Assembly (NCBI RefSeq): GCF_001194135.2
Contig: NC_068988.1
Location: 58,700,616 to 58,761,014, forward strand
Direction: 5' to 3'
Source of the DNA: Octopus bimaculoides
Lineage: Eukaryota
Length of the DNA: 60,399 bases
A program made the translations under genes and the position numbers. The notes under the pieces are model-generated. The model ran no database searches and was not told the DNA's origin. It saw only the letters and a list, made by a program, of their open reading frames with translations. This document shows, piece by piece, positions 12,221-25,869 of the stretch. Position 1 is the first letter of the stretch; every line of letters starts with the position of its first letter.

Positions 12221-12337
<117 letters not shown>

Positions 12338-12387
12338 GTTAACATAAATATGTATGTATCTGCCTATCTATCTATCTATATATCTAA

Positions 12388-12423
<36 letters not shown>

Positions 12424-12859
12424 ACATGCATACATACATACATAAACATGTATGTATATACATACATGTAACGTATGTATGTATACAATCAGACACACAT
12501 ACATACATATGAATATACAAACACACACACATATACATTTATATAAACATTACATGAAAGAGAGCTTAATAATATAACAAAACATTAGATTAAATGCAGC
12601 GAACCGAGATGTAAATAATATTAATGTTATAAGCTATTACAAAATTAAAGGAGGAAAAAAAGAACCTTTCTATGAATTATGAATAAAAATACAGCAGGCA
12701 TAAGCTGTTAAAATTAGATCTATAAATTTTAGTGGAACACTAGGGAAATTGTAATTTACTGCGTCAGTCTATATTGTACAGGACACAGCTCGATACCCTT
12801 GATCAGGTAACTAACCATAAAGGGACGTGAATAAGATATTTTGTAACCTATAGAAAACA

Positions 12860-12960
12860 AATAAAATCCCAGCTACGATCGGGTCTCATGTAGGCACTCA
12901 ATTTGCTAGAAACAACAGAAGATATATCCTTTAAATCGCACCCTGACTACGCGGTATGAG
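12860..12960 (+). mobile_element. SINE family C fragment
   Basis: gtaggcactcaatttgctagaaacaacagaagatatatcctttaaatcgcacc shares the gctagaaatagcagc core seen at 21770-22150 and 34255-34900. Confidence 0.5.
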
Positions 12961-13089
12961 ATGTCCATCAGTATTCAATCGTTAATACAACAATTAAAAT
13001 TTCTGATTCTCAGAATTAGTAAGGTGTGGCTCTTATTCAAACAAGCAAGTCCTCAATGTATAGACGTCGGATCGAATATGCTGCAGTAT

Positions 13090-13175
13090 TCGTTCTGGTT
13101 CTCATCGGTACGCGTTCAAGTCCCACTGAGATCAACTTTTCGTTCCATCTTTTCGTGATCGATAAATATAATGTT
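13090..13175 (+). mobile_element. SINE family B fragment
   Basis: gcgttcaagtcccactgagatcaacttttcgttccatcttttcgtgatcgataaat aligns to the B-family core at 49930-50000. Confidence 0.55.
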
Positions 13176-13200
13176 ACTAAAGTACAAAATTCTTTCCACA

Positions 13201-13241
<41 letters not shown>

Positions 13242-14387
13242 TTCCTTTCTTTCTTTCTTTCTTTCTTTCTTTAAGGAACCGGTTATAATGAGACCTGATA
13301 AGGAATGACATGCACAAAGGTTAATGTCACTACGGTGACATTTATGTCACTGTTTGTCACTACGGTGAGTCTACGATTCAGTAGAAGATGAGGGCCCAAC
13401 GTTAGTTAAGCAATCCTACCACCACTACCCATAATAACACTCCACCCGAACGTTTACTCCCAAAACAACGCCGCTCTCAGCTTGTCTGCATTTCATACCC
13501 TTTCTCTCCATACACTCATATAAGTATCCATCAGTTGCCTGTCTTGTGCCTCACTGTACAATGTCCGCATTGATATTCCTCCTAAACTTTCTTTCTCTTT
13601 ACCACAAGCCAATTTAAAATCTGCACGTATTTTTCTATAAACAGATATACAGATATTTCAGCTGAACACCAATTACATCAATATTATAAGCCTTGAGAAT
13701 GCTATAGAGGACATTCTTCCTCTGAATGCATTATAATCTCAAATCGTGCTCACATTTTATCTACAGTGCAGAAACCATTGCAAAATGTATCTCAAGCGTA
13801 TATTCATATTTTTTATTAACAACCAAGTGGCAGTAAGAAGAGTATCGTATTTGACACACTTCAAGACCTTAGTGACTAGCAGGAGGAAGACAGGGACCTA
13901 TACTCAGATCGGAACTCAGGCTTGAATAGTTCTAACAGAATAAACTTCTATAAGATTGCATGACGCCCAACACAGAATGTGAAACGGTGATAGAAGAATT
14001 AATTATGGAAGTAAGACTGTAAAAAATCGCATAATTTTCCTGTGCAGCATGTGAAATCTAATTCAGTCGTCTACCTCCGAATAATGGGTGATGCAGAATG
14101 TGCTTCTCTGTTACAGAGTAACCACATATATTTGGAATAAATTTAACTAATAGAAAAGAAGCACATTTAAAGACATGTATAAATATTATATGAAACCATA
14201 CTAAGATGTACTAAAGGATTTTAGCCTGAATTCCAGAAAAAATGTAAATAATAGAAGAGAAAAATGTCTAAAAGCTTTTCGTACGCCTAAATACGAAATT
14301 TTATGCACACGCCTGCGCAAATGCATAGGTAACACACAGTAGTACACACATACGTGTGTATATATGTGTGCGTGTGTGCATGTGCAT

Positions 14388-14424
<37 letters not shown>

Positions 14425-15681
14425 TATATATATACATGCAAAAATATATATGCTCCTAAATATGGATTGATATATATATATATATATATATACATCGTAC
14501 ATACATACATACATATATATATATACATCGTACATACATACAAACATACATACATTCATATGTATATATGTTTGTACGTATATGTGCATATATTTGTATG
14601 TACACATACAGAAAGAAATGTATGTGAATGTATGCACACATATATATATCCATACATATATGAATATTCACACACAAATGCACGCACACACACGCGCACA
14701 CACATGCACACACANNNNNNNNNNNNNNNNNNNNNNNNNNNNNNNNNNNNNNNNNNNNNNNNNNNNNNNNNNNNNNNNNNNNNNNNNNNNNNNNNNNNNN
14801 NNNNNNNNNNNNNNNNNNNNNNNNNNNNNNNNNNNNNNNNNNNNNNNNNNNNNNNNNNNNNNNNNNNNNNNNNNNNNNNNNNNNNNNNNNNNNNNNNNNN
14901 NNNNNNNNNNNNNNNNNNNNNNNNNNNNNNNNNNNNNNNNNNNNNNNNNNNNNNNNNNNNNNNNNNNNNNNNNNNNNNNNNNNNNNNNNNNNNNNNNNNN
15001 NNNNNNNNNNNNNNNNNNNNNNNNNNNNNNNNNNNNNNNNNNNNNNNNNNNNNNNNNNNNNNNNNNNNNNNNNNNNNNNNNNNNNNNNNNNNNNNNNNNN
15101 NNNNNNNNNNNNNNNNNNNNNNNNNNNNNNNNNNNNNNNNNNNNNNNNNNNNNNNNNNNNNNNNNNNNNNNNNNNNNNNNNNNNNNNNNNNNNNNNNNNN
15201 NNNNNNNNNNNNNNNNNNNNNNNNNNNNNNNNNNNNNNNNNNNNNNNNNNNNNNNNNNNNNNNNNNNNNNNNNNNNNNNNNNNNNNNNNNNNNNNNNNNN
15301 NNNNNNNNNNNNNNNNNNNNNNNNNNNNNNNNNNNNNNNNNNNNNNNNNNNNNNNNNNNNNNNNNNNNNNNNNNNNNNNNNNNNNNNNNNNNNNNNNNNN
15401 NNNNNNNNNNNNNNNNNNNNNNNNNNNNNNNNNNNNNNNNNNNNNNNNNNNNNNNNNNNNNNNNNNNNNNNNNNNNNNNNNNNNNNNNNNNNNNNNNNNN
15501 NNNNNNNNNNNNNNNNNNNNNNNNNNNNNNNNNNNNNNNNNNNNNNNNNNNNNNNNNNNNNNNNNNNNNNNNNNNNNNNNNNNNNNNNNNNNNNNNNNNN
15601 NNNNNNNNNNNNNNNNNNNNNNNNNNNNNNNNNNNNNNNNNNNNNNNNNNNNNNNNNNNNNNNNNNNNNNNNNNNNNNNNN

Positions 15682-15714
<33 letters not shown>

Positions 15715-16194
15715 GCATATATACGCACAAATAAATAATTATACATACACAAACATATGTGTGGATAATAGGGTTCGAATGATGAAAATATGTTCCCTGG
15801 ATTGTGTCATTATTCGTTTCTATACGTCCCTATCCTCTCTTTTCACCTTCCCACCGTCTCCCCATTCAGCCTCTCCTGTTTTTTCTCCTTCTAAACTCAT
15901 GCACATTATCACACACGGTCACAAACTAACACACAAGCACGAATATACCTAGACGCTACACTCTTACACACACACAAGCATATCATTACGCATTTACATA
16001 AAAAAAAGCGTTCCTTCCTTCCATTCGCCCATTCCATCGTCTCCATATCACACGTATACAACACTATGTCTTTTGACACTCAGTAACACAAAAATGTTTC
16101 CATAATATCTCTAATAACTCTCAGAAATTCCTCAACACTATAGAATCTCTCTCTGTCTCTCACCGCCCCCTGTTCCTTCAGTCTCTTCAATGGT

Positions 16195-16700
16195 GATGAT
16201 AATAACCATAATACTAATAATAATAACAACTACGTTAATAAAAATGACATTAACAATAATAACGATAATAATACTAGTGACTTTAAATTAATAATAATAA
16301 TAATAATTTTTGAAATTATAAAAAATTTCTTCTTCTCTTTCTTCTTCTTCTTCTTCTTCTTCTTCTTCTTCTTCTTCTTCTTCTTCTTCTTCTTCTTCTT
16401 CTTCTTCTTCTTGTTCTTCTTCTTCTTCTTCTTGTTCTTCTTCTTCTTCTTCTTCTTCTTCTTCTTCTCTATAATAATAATAATAATAATAATTTCTTTA
16501 TTTGCCGCAAGGGCTTGAGTAGTTAGGGACAGTCACAACCGAAGCAAAATATACAAACATATAGAAGGGGGCGGTATCGAATGAAAATATAGTATGACGA
16601 TGATGATGATGATGATGATGATGATGATAATGATGATGATTATGATGATGATGATGATAATGACGATGATGATGATGATGATGGCGACAACGATTTTGAT
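16195..16700. repeat. Trinucleotide arrays (AAT)n, (TTC)n, (ATG)n
   Basis: Read directly; (TTC)n about 16340-16468, (ATG)n about 16594-16682. Confidence 0.95.
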
Positions 16701-17324
16701 GATTATGTTATTAATATCAACGAGATATATTCATTATCTGTATATTCGCATTTCAAATGCCTTTGGCGAATTAGAAATGTTTGTTTGTTATACATCAGAA
16801 TCTACTTGTTTAGATTTGTAAAACAGAGGCCCTAGGCTATAACAAATATTAAAAAAACATAATACATGCTATAACTGACGGATTTTTTTATTATTGGTCC
16901 TGAGGTGTGGGAGGGTGAAGGTAATGTCAATATCCGGTATATGAGAGAATGTTAAGGTACGTAACTGAATACCACAAGTCATTCAAAGAGGCACTTTTAT
17001 GCTTCTTTTACACACTAGCAAACACAATTCGTCTAACACACAGACTACACAATTACAACTCAATATCAAAATACACGACATATCTGACACTTCAAATACG
17101 AAATCTAATCACCACATGTCAAATAACACAACTTACATAGTACATGTGGCACTCAACGAACAGACCAAATACTAAAATAACATCAGAAACCACAAAACAG
17201 ACACAACAAATGAAAACGGATGTTGCACACAAATAGAATTCTGCACTGTCGTACATTAATTTTCTTAGTGAAATGTTATACGTATTGGTCTTATAAGTTA
17301 TATATTGGAAATATTCAGGTATGA

Positions 17325-17472
17325 TCTAATGATTGGGAAGCAAGCTTTGCGATCACGTGGTTTCGGGTTCAGCTCCACACTGCGGCGTCTTGGGCATGTG
17401 TCAGCTACAAAAGCTCCGGGCCCACCAATGCTTTGTGAGTGAACTTAGTAGTCGGAAACTGTGCAGATGCTT

Positions 17473-17480
<8 letters not shown>
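17325..17480 (+). mobile_element. tRNA-derived SINE family A, 5' half
   Basis: B-box-like ggttcagctcc, then cttgggcatgtgtc..gggcccaccaatgctttgtgagtg..cggaaactg; ends in (TA)n. Confidence 0.8.
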
Positions 17481-17519
<39 letters not shown>

Positions 17520-18583
17520 ACGTAAAAATTGGCGAAGAAAGACGGTAAAATCACAAACAAGACGTGGATATTCTGATCCCGCATCAATTAACTGTCAAAA
17601 ATCATCACAATTTAGCGCCATTATCGATAAGATTGTTCATTTTGGTGGGGATCACCAGCAAAACGCTGTTGGGGAAAGTGAGCGGACACACATAACAGTG
17701 ATAAAACCATAAAACAGTATAATCGACGACCGAATAAACACATAGCATAATGGAAAACGATCCAACATGTAAAAAAAACAATAAAGTAAATAGCGTATCT
17801 ATGAGAATAAACCCTAGAAAACCTAAAGTATACTAACTAATAAACCTGACTATAATCATATGGATGAAAGGAAATATAAGATTAAAATACTTAAAATGTT
17901 ATAATGCTTTTGGACCAGCAGATAATTTCTCGCTTTTATCCGAACATATGGGCAGACTATAAGAAGGTCTTTGACTAAGATCTGCATACGTGAATTCTGG
18001 AAATATTAGTTATAGTTATTGCAGGAAAAATAGTACAAAGGGCATGAAATAGAGCTTGGGTATATCAGAAAAACTCTGAAGAATTGAGCGAAAGAGAAAT
18101 TTTTCAATAAGATACCTAAAATAGTCTATATACGATTCTTAAGAATATCTCTTTCTTTACGGCTTTTATGCTTGGTACTGATACATTTAACGAACTACTT
18201 AATCAAATTGAACTTTTATAATATTTTTCTGGAAATAACTATCAATCATCTCTGGCATTTGGATTAGATTAATTGTACACTATTGATAATAAACAACTAG
18301 AAACACTTCTGCAGGCGGTACTTAAATTTAATAGTGGAATTCATATGCGATTCGGATTCTAAAACTGATCCAAATCAATCTTGATGTGTGTAGCATTAAT
18401 TAGGATAGACACTGAGTTAAAAGATTTATATAAAACACAAATTTATAAATTCTTTGAAATTAATAAACGAGAGTACAAAACATACGAAGGAAAGGAAAAT
18501 TATTGATACATTTAATTATTTCGGAAGAAACTGATTCAATTCAGATGGATGAGCAAACAGTTAACAAGAAAACTAATCTTCCC

Positions 18584-18980
18584 TTTATTTGTTTCAATCA
18601 CTGAACTGTGGCCATGCTGCGGAATCGCATTGAAGGCTCTTGTTGAGTAAATCGACCCCAGTACATATATATTTTAAAGTTTGATACTTACTCTACCCGT
18701 CTCTTTCGCCGAATCACTAGATTACGGGGATCGAAATAAACCAACAATGGTTGTAAAACGGCGTGTATGGGTAGCAAACACACATAAATACACACACACA
18801 TAGGCACACACATATACGACAGGCCTTCATACAATTCTGTCTACCAAATTCACACACAAAGCATTGGTCGACGAGGGGCTATTGTAGAAGACACTTACCC
18901 GAGGTGTCCCACAGTGGAACTGATTCCAAAATCACGTGGTTGCAAAATGAACTTCTTTACCACACAGCTATGCTAACGCC
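18584..18980 (-). mobile_element. tRNA-derived SINE family A, near full length
   Basis: Collinear with 42585-42990 and with the reverse complement of 38352-38640: head, CORE-like cttgggtaagtgtc, internal CA tract, 3' ggccacag..tgaaacaaataaa. Confidence 0.88.
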
Positions 18981-19024
18981 TATATGACTAGTACATATCT
19001 CTATGTTAAATATATTTCCTAGAA

Positions 19025-19235
19025 TTGATAAGATAGCGATGATCTGTGGTTGTCTAACTTGGAGACATCCACTAAAATTGGTAAGATAGCGTTGGTCTTA
19101 AAGATGTTTTTTTGTTGAAGCCATTCACTGCAATTGGATGGAGATTGATGTTCTGTGTGATAGCGATGGTCTGCAGTAGTCTAGATTAAAGATAGGCACT
19201 GAAATTGGTGAGATAGTGATGGGTTGCATGCTGAG
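19025..19235. repeat. Diverged minisatellite with 53/74/53-bp spacing
   Basis: gatagc/tg anchors at 19032, 19085, 19159 and 19212; the units starting at 19032 and 19159 align over 53 bp. Confidence 0.7.
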
Positions 19236-19836
19236 CATGAATCGTATTCGAAAATTGAAACGCAAAATAAAAAAAAAAGAAAAGAAAGTGAAAATTGAAG
19301 GTTTATACGCACAATAATAATGCAGGTTAATATGTAGGCAGAACCTAATGGTTCACAGTTACATAACCTTATCCATTCGGCAATTTTATATTTAAAAAGC
19401 ACCCCTACAAATAAAAATAAATAACAGAGAAAAACTAAGCAAATAACATTCCAAAAGCAGTAATTTGTTTGAATATGTTCAGTGAAAAAAAGAACAACAA
19501 CAAAAAAAAAATTGTATAGAAAAAACGAAAAATATATAGAATCACGCGAAAAAATTTTTTCCTACTTTTTTCTAACTATTATTATTTCAATCATAAGAAT
19601 TATTTAACTGAAATACTTTTTTCTCACCTCAAACATGGCGGGGTGATCTACTTGGGGAATTACTGTTGACAAATCTCACGATAAGGACAAATAAAGAAAC
19701 AATAAACAAACCAAGATTTAAAAATATGTGTTGAACAAAAGTGAAAGTGAAACAACCATTTATATAAACTGAAGACGACCATTTGTAAATACAAGTTCTA
19801 AAAACATTGAATCACTCGTCACATTATATACATACC

Positions 19837-19899
<63 letters not shown>

Positions 19900-19999
19900 T
19901 CATACATATACTTATATATGCATATATATGTATGTACATACATATAGATGTATTCATACACACATATATTTACATATATACACACGTATACAAATATCT

Positions 20000-20055
<56 letters not shown>

Positions 20056-20224
20056 ATACGCATACACATACACACACATATATATGTATAATATAAACAC
20101 ATACATACACAAAAATCTTATCGTAGATTGCTAACCTAGCGTTGCTGATACCTTCAATTTGGATTCTGAAAATTTTCTCACCATTTATTATTTGTTTTGC
20201 AGATTCCTCTTCTTTACACATCTT

Positions 20225-20301
20225 TCTATCTATTATGTAGCCACTTACCTACCTACCTACCTACCTACCTACCTACCTACCTACCTACCTACTTGCCTAC
20301 C

Positions 20302-20354
<53 letters not shown>

Positions 20355-20355
20355 T
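20225..20355. repeat. (CTAC)n-(CTGT)n tetranucleotide arrays
   Basis: Read directly. Confidence 0.95.
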
Positions 20356-20845
20356 TCCCATTTTGCAAGTTGTTTTCTTTCTTTTCATTGATCATTTATA
20401 ATTTATTCATTTCATTTTCACCTCTCCAGACGATTTGACTTCCTTTCTTTCCGCTCGTTCATTTTCTCCTTTCTTTCTTTCGTCGTTTTGTTTGTTTCTT
20501 CCTTCCTTTCTTTCTTCCTCCTTTCCCTTCTTTCCTTTGTTTCTTGTTTTCCCTTTTTGCTTGTTAATTTGCTTCCTTCTTTTCTTATTTTGCTTCCTTC
20601 CTTCCTTCCTTCCTTCCTTCCTTCCTTCCTTCATATCTTTTCTTTCCTTTCTACCCCTAGCTTGCATTATTCGGACCACATCCACAGTCACTAGATTACT
20701 TTAAATATGTCTGCTATCATGAATTTATTTCATCGTTCAAAATAGCGAAACGGACAAAATATCGAAGCTACATATTAACTTTGCAGTAATAGTGGTAGCA
20801 GTCATAGCAACTTTGCAGTGGTAGTAGAGGAACTAGTAGATGGTT

Positions 20846-20899
<54 letters not shown>

Positions 20900-20904
20900 A
20901 CAGC

Positions 20905-21450
20905 TGTAGTAATTTTGTTCTCAAATTTTGGTACTAGGCCAGCAATTCCAGAAGCGGGGGAAGTCGATTACATCGACCCCAGCGCTCAATTGATACATTA
21001 GGTAGGTCGACAAGGGCGGAATCTGAACAGCTGCAGTAATCTTGGGCCAGCAAATACAGTGGAGGGGGTAACTCGATTCCATCGGCCTCAGTCCTCACCT
21101 GGTAGTTATCTTATCGACTCCAAAAAGATGAAAGTCAGAGTCGACCTCAGGAGAATTTAAATTCACTGTTATGCTTTTTGCCCGGCGTGCTAACGATTCT
21201 ACCAGCTCGCCGCCTTAACAGTTACAGTAATATCCAGTTCAAATTTTGGCACTGAGCCAGCAAGTTTTGGGGGAGGGGATAAGTCGATTATATCGACCCC
21301 AGTATTGAAGTGCTACTTACAGTAAAAACCTCGAAAGAATGAGAGGCAAAGTGAATCTCGGCGAAATTTGAACTCAGAACGTAAAGACAGACGAACTGCC
21401 GCTAAGCATTTTGACCGGCATGCCTACGATTCTGCCAGTTCTACATCTTA
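20905..21450 (-). mobile_element. Three tandem SINE family B copies/fragments
   Basis: Repeated aagtcgatta(c/t)atcgaccccag, gaaag..aaagtcgacctc, gctaacgattct(a/g)ccagctcgccgcc blocks at about 20905-21000, 21030-21220 and 21225-21450. Confidence 0.85.
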
Positions 21451-21484
21451 AAAACTGCAACATTATTAGCTGTAGTTTTGCTTT

Positions 21485-21730
21485 TTATCTTTTCAGGGCC
21501 GATAAACTAAGTACCAGTAGAGCACTGAGGCCGTTATTATCGACTAACCCCCTTCGCCTCACAATTTGCTGACTTTGTGCAAAAATCTAAAACCATAATA
21601 ATGGCCTAATGGTTAATACGCTGGGCAAAATGCTTAGCAGTGTTTCCTCCGTTTTCTCGTTCTGAGTTCAAATTTCTCCGAGGTTTACTTTGCCTTTCAC
21701 CCTTTCGGGGTCGTTAAATTAAGTAGTAGT
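21485..21730 (+). mobile_element. Two SINE family B fragments (a 3' half followed by a 5' half)
   Basis: gccgataaactaagtaccagtagagcactgagg... then gggcaaaatgcttagc..gttctgagttcaaatt..ctttgcctttcaccctttcggggtcg. Confidence 0.85.
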
Positions 21731-21769
21731 AGTAGTAGTAGCAGCAGTAGCAGCAGCAGCAACAGCAAG

Positions 21770-22150
21770 ATTTGTTTGTCGGTTGCTCTCTTTTGCTCAG
21801 TCTTAGCAGTTTTCTACTTGAGATATCTTACGAACAAAAATGTTTCAACCGTGAATTTCTCATCTTTTCTAGACCTATTGTATCTTGGACAACATTATTC
21901 AATGTGCCTTGCCTTCTTTAAGACAGTGTTATGGGATATGAAAGAGATTTGTCGTTTATTTCTAGCAGATCTAGCTACTACATAGAGGTCCCTTTGTTTA
22001 GTTGCTTCATAGGCTTTTTTCCTTTATTATGTGAAGATGAACCCAGTGAAAGCTTTCTTGCAGCCGTTAGATCTGCTGGAAAGAACTGCCAAATTTGACT
22101 CGTATTAAACCTTCTCATTTTGATAGAGAAGAATTTTTGGAGTAATGTAG
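21770..22150 (-). mobile_element. SINE family C, long copy
   Basis: Reverse complement has gggacctctatgtagt..ctgctagaaataa..ctgtcttaaagaaggc..cacattgaataatgt.., collinear with the 34255-34900 units. Confidence 0.65.
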
Positions 22151-22395
22151 TCTTAGCTATAAATACAAAAGAATGCGATGGTCAAAATTGGAACAGCTTT
22201 GATCTTACGTCTAGGATATGAGGACTGACCTCGGGTTAAATAGTAACAGCAACATACGAAGCATGTCAATAAAAGCCATAGAGGAAAAGTCGTTATCAGA
22301 GATAGAGAGAAAATAGAGAGAAAGACAGAAATAGGGTGATACACACGGAGGTAGTGAGGGAGATAGAGATAGACAGAAAGGTGTAAATATGGATG

Positions 22396-22489
<94 letters not shown>

Positions 22490-22556
22490 TGAAAAATACT
22501 CATACAAAAATATGTATGAATAAATACATATGTATGCGCACACATACGTATGTAAG

Positions 22557-22587
<31 letters not shown>

Positions 22588-23364
22588 GAAAAATATTTAT
22601 ACAAAAATATGTATGTATAATATATACATATATATTCATACACATATGTATGTATGTATACATGAAATAATATTCATGAGAAAAGTTGGGAAATAATTGC
22701 ATTTGGTGGAGCATCATGGATAATAAATATACTCAATGCATCTATATTTTTTTGAAGAAAATCCCATTAACCACACAAAATTGGAACGAGATGCAAGGAA
22801 ATGAAACCCCATAGATAGTATTAATCCTTTTAAATGTTCAACCCGAAGCCGAGATTGTCTATCCAGTGCAGGTCTTTTTAGCCACTCAAAGGTACAAGAA
22901 TATATGCAAGCTAATAATTAATCTTCACCACCTCAAAGAATATATATCTGCCAGTTCTGTAATGAAAGTTGTGTTTCCATCAGTGGTCTGGTGAGACACG
23001 TGTCTGTATAGAATTTCGTTCAAGTGAGACGAAACATATATGTATTAGTAGTGGTAAATGTGGTAAATCATCAACTGGACTAAAAATGACATCTTCATTT
23101 TGAGTTCATTAACAAGCAATTGTTCAGTTATTATTGAATCAACATCAATCACACGTGTGTGTGTGTGAAACGATGGTTCTTCGTCGCTTTCAAAGATGGA
23201 CATCCCATTGTTCTATCAAATGAATTGCTGACCCGTATATTGAATAAGTTTGTCGGTGTATAGCATGGTTGTTCTTTTGAATTACAATTGATATGGTGGT
23301 GGTCTTCAATATGATTTTCGGCTACTTGATCTCGCTCACACGGTGTGGATGAGTCTGACTTTAT

Positions 23365-23440
23365 AGAAAGATGCCACGTAGCGGCATCAAAACCGGGACC
23401 GCGTGGTTGCGAGGCGAACTTCTTAACCACCCAGCTATAC
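23365..23440 (-). mobile_element. SINE family A tRNA-like head fragment
   Basis: Reverse complement gctgggtggttaagaagttcgcctcgcaaccacgcggtcccgg matches the A-family head. Confidence 0.7.
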
Positions 23441-23929
23441 AAATCCTAAATGTGTATGTGTACGTATGCATGTATGTATGTTTGTATGTTTGTATGTTGG
23501 GCAGCTAATTTCCAGAACTGTGCACAGTTTTTCTACTCTATCCCAAATCACTATATCAGGTCAGTTGTGCTTACATTTTATTGAGGTCTTCACTGAGACA
23601 GTCCACCAGTAATCCTGCTATGTATGTGTGTATGTATGTATGTATGTATGTATGAGAATTTTTTGAAGGCGATACAAGTATAAACATGTGAAACTAAGTG
23701 AATAGAACAATATTGCAAAATTCCTGTTTCTTTTGGATACCCCTCGTATATATATATATATATATATATACATACAGAGAGAGATAGAGAGAAAGAGAGA
23801 GAGAAGGAGAGAGAGAAAGAGATAGAGAAGGAGAGAGAGAAAGAGAGAGAGAAGGAGAGAGAGAAAGAGAGACATGCGTGCACGAAGAAGTTAGTCCACA
23901 TCTACTGCTCGGAGGAACCTCTGGAAATA

Positions 23930-25030
23930 ACAGCAAAAAAATAAAAATAATAATGAAAGAAGCACGGAAAAGAATTTCGCATAGGTTGAGATGTAAAATG
24001 TTTCCAGAGTGCATAGTATACACGTCCTTTTGTTCGATTGGTGTACAAAAGAGTCCAAAATATATTATACTGTAGACTAAAGTGTGAGTTATGTTCGTTT
24101 CCACTATTATTCCGTTATTGACATATTGTGGAAAATGTGTTGATCGTTATTTTACATCTGAATTTTCAAAAGCATATATTTCATTTGCATCTGTTCTTAA
24201 AGTAAGGCTCTTTGGGTTCAATCTAAATATCCAGATACCGTCGCCACGAGTCACTGTGGCTCAGTTACTATTGTGTTTTTAATTTTGTTGTGTGGTCTGT
24301 GAGATGATTTTATTCAAACCGCAATAACTGATTTTTAGAACTTTCCTTTTGAAAAGTACGTGTAACTTATGTGAAACAAGAAAATGCCGATGAAAAATTG
24401 GCTCTAGCCATATTAAATTTTTGTATGAAGCAACTTTTCGTATGAATCCTATAATATTCCACTTTTCTAGACGTAGTTGTTTTACGTGGGCTGCTTCTTA
24501 TAAAGGATTTTGTCTTAAAATTTACATTTTTGCAGCTTGTAGCTTTGTAGAAATGGCATTTGACAGTTCAATGAGATCAAAAGATTTTAGTTCTACTCAT
24601 TCCCGCTTGTCTTTTTTAAGGAGTAGGAAGATGATTTGAGTTTTAATGCATGTAATGTCTTTGTTTTGATTTCTGCGAGTCTTGTACTTTCCGGTAGTCA
24701 GATTTAACCAGCATATGCTTAGAACTACGCTACAAAAATAACTGGCGTACCGACACGGTTAAAATTCGAAAATCCTGATGCCATTCTTGTCTGTGAAATT
24801 CTTGGCAAAAGTTTTATCTCTTGTTGTGGCAGACATCACGGTAAAAACTCGGCATTCTAGTAAACACCACCAAGATTATTAATTATCGTTATTGTTCGAT
24901 TGTTGTCTTCTTATATGATTCATTTCCCTCCAACCTGTGTGTCATTGATAACAAAGACTTTGGCGCCGATGCAAACCAATCTGAAACATTTCCGACATTA
25001 TTTCTAGACAAATTGTTGCTAAATTAATGA
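23930..25030. pseudogene. Possible highly degenerate CR1/L2-group LINE ORF2 remnant(s)
   Basis: Weak motifs only: plus strand STIIPLLTYCG (~24100); minus strand NNVGNVSDWFA (~25000). Strand and family not resolved. Confidence 0.3.
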
Positions 25031-25111
25031 AACGATGAAGGAAAAAAAAAAGTCATTGTATTTGACAGATTTCAATATGAAGTGTAATCATCATCATCAT
25101 CATCATCATCA

Positions 25112-25174
<63 letters not shown>

Positions 25175-25869
25175 GTAGTAGTAGTAGTAATAGTCGGTGT
25201 TGAGCTGTTGAGAAGTGCTTTCAAATCGGTCCTCGAGATTTTGGATTGGAGTAGGCTTGAGCTGCGCGAAAAGAAACCCCGAAAAACAAACAAAAAGCAA
25301 AAAAAGACAAAAAAATAAATAAACGGAAATGAATTTTTCTTTAAGTTATTTCAATTGAAGAATTTTTCAAGTTAACGCATGCCAGGGTATAGCAGGATTT
25401 AATATAACTCAGTTTTCCTTAAAAAATAAAACATGTATGTCAAACATGGCCTCTTGATGGCACTGCAACAATACTATGAAACAAAGTAAATACCTCCTAG
25501 AAAAAGAAATAGCTAAAACAAATATTAATGAATACACGAAGATACGAATTGTAGAAAATGAAAAATCCAATAACATTTCAGCAAAAAATCTATAATTAGA
25601 CATGTTTAAAAATAACAACAACATTAAGAACCATAACATTGACATGAAACACACATGCTCTATCAAACGGTAGTGCTAACATTATATGTCAAACTTTTTC
25701 GTCCTGCAACTATACTTTCATGTAGTGGACTGATATGCGCAAACGTTAAATCATAAGACGGTTAACTCCCCTGCAAGAAAAGAAAAACAGCACAACTGCG
25801 ACTTGCCAAGTTATACTTAATAAAAAGACGTGATGCTGAACACTCATACATCGTTTTCGATGGGAGGGT

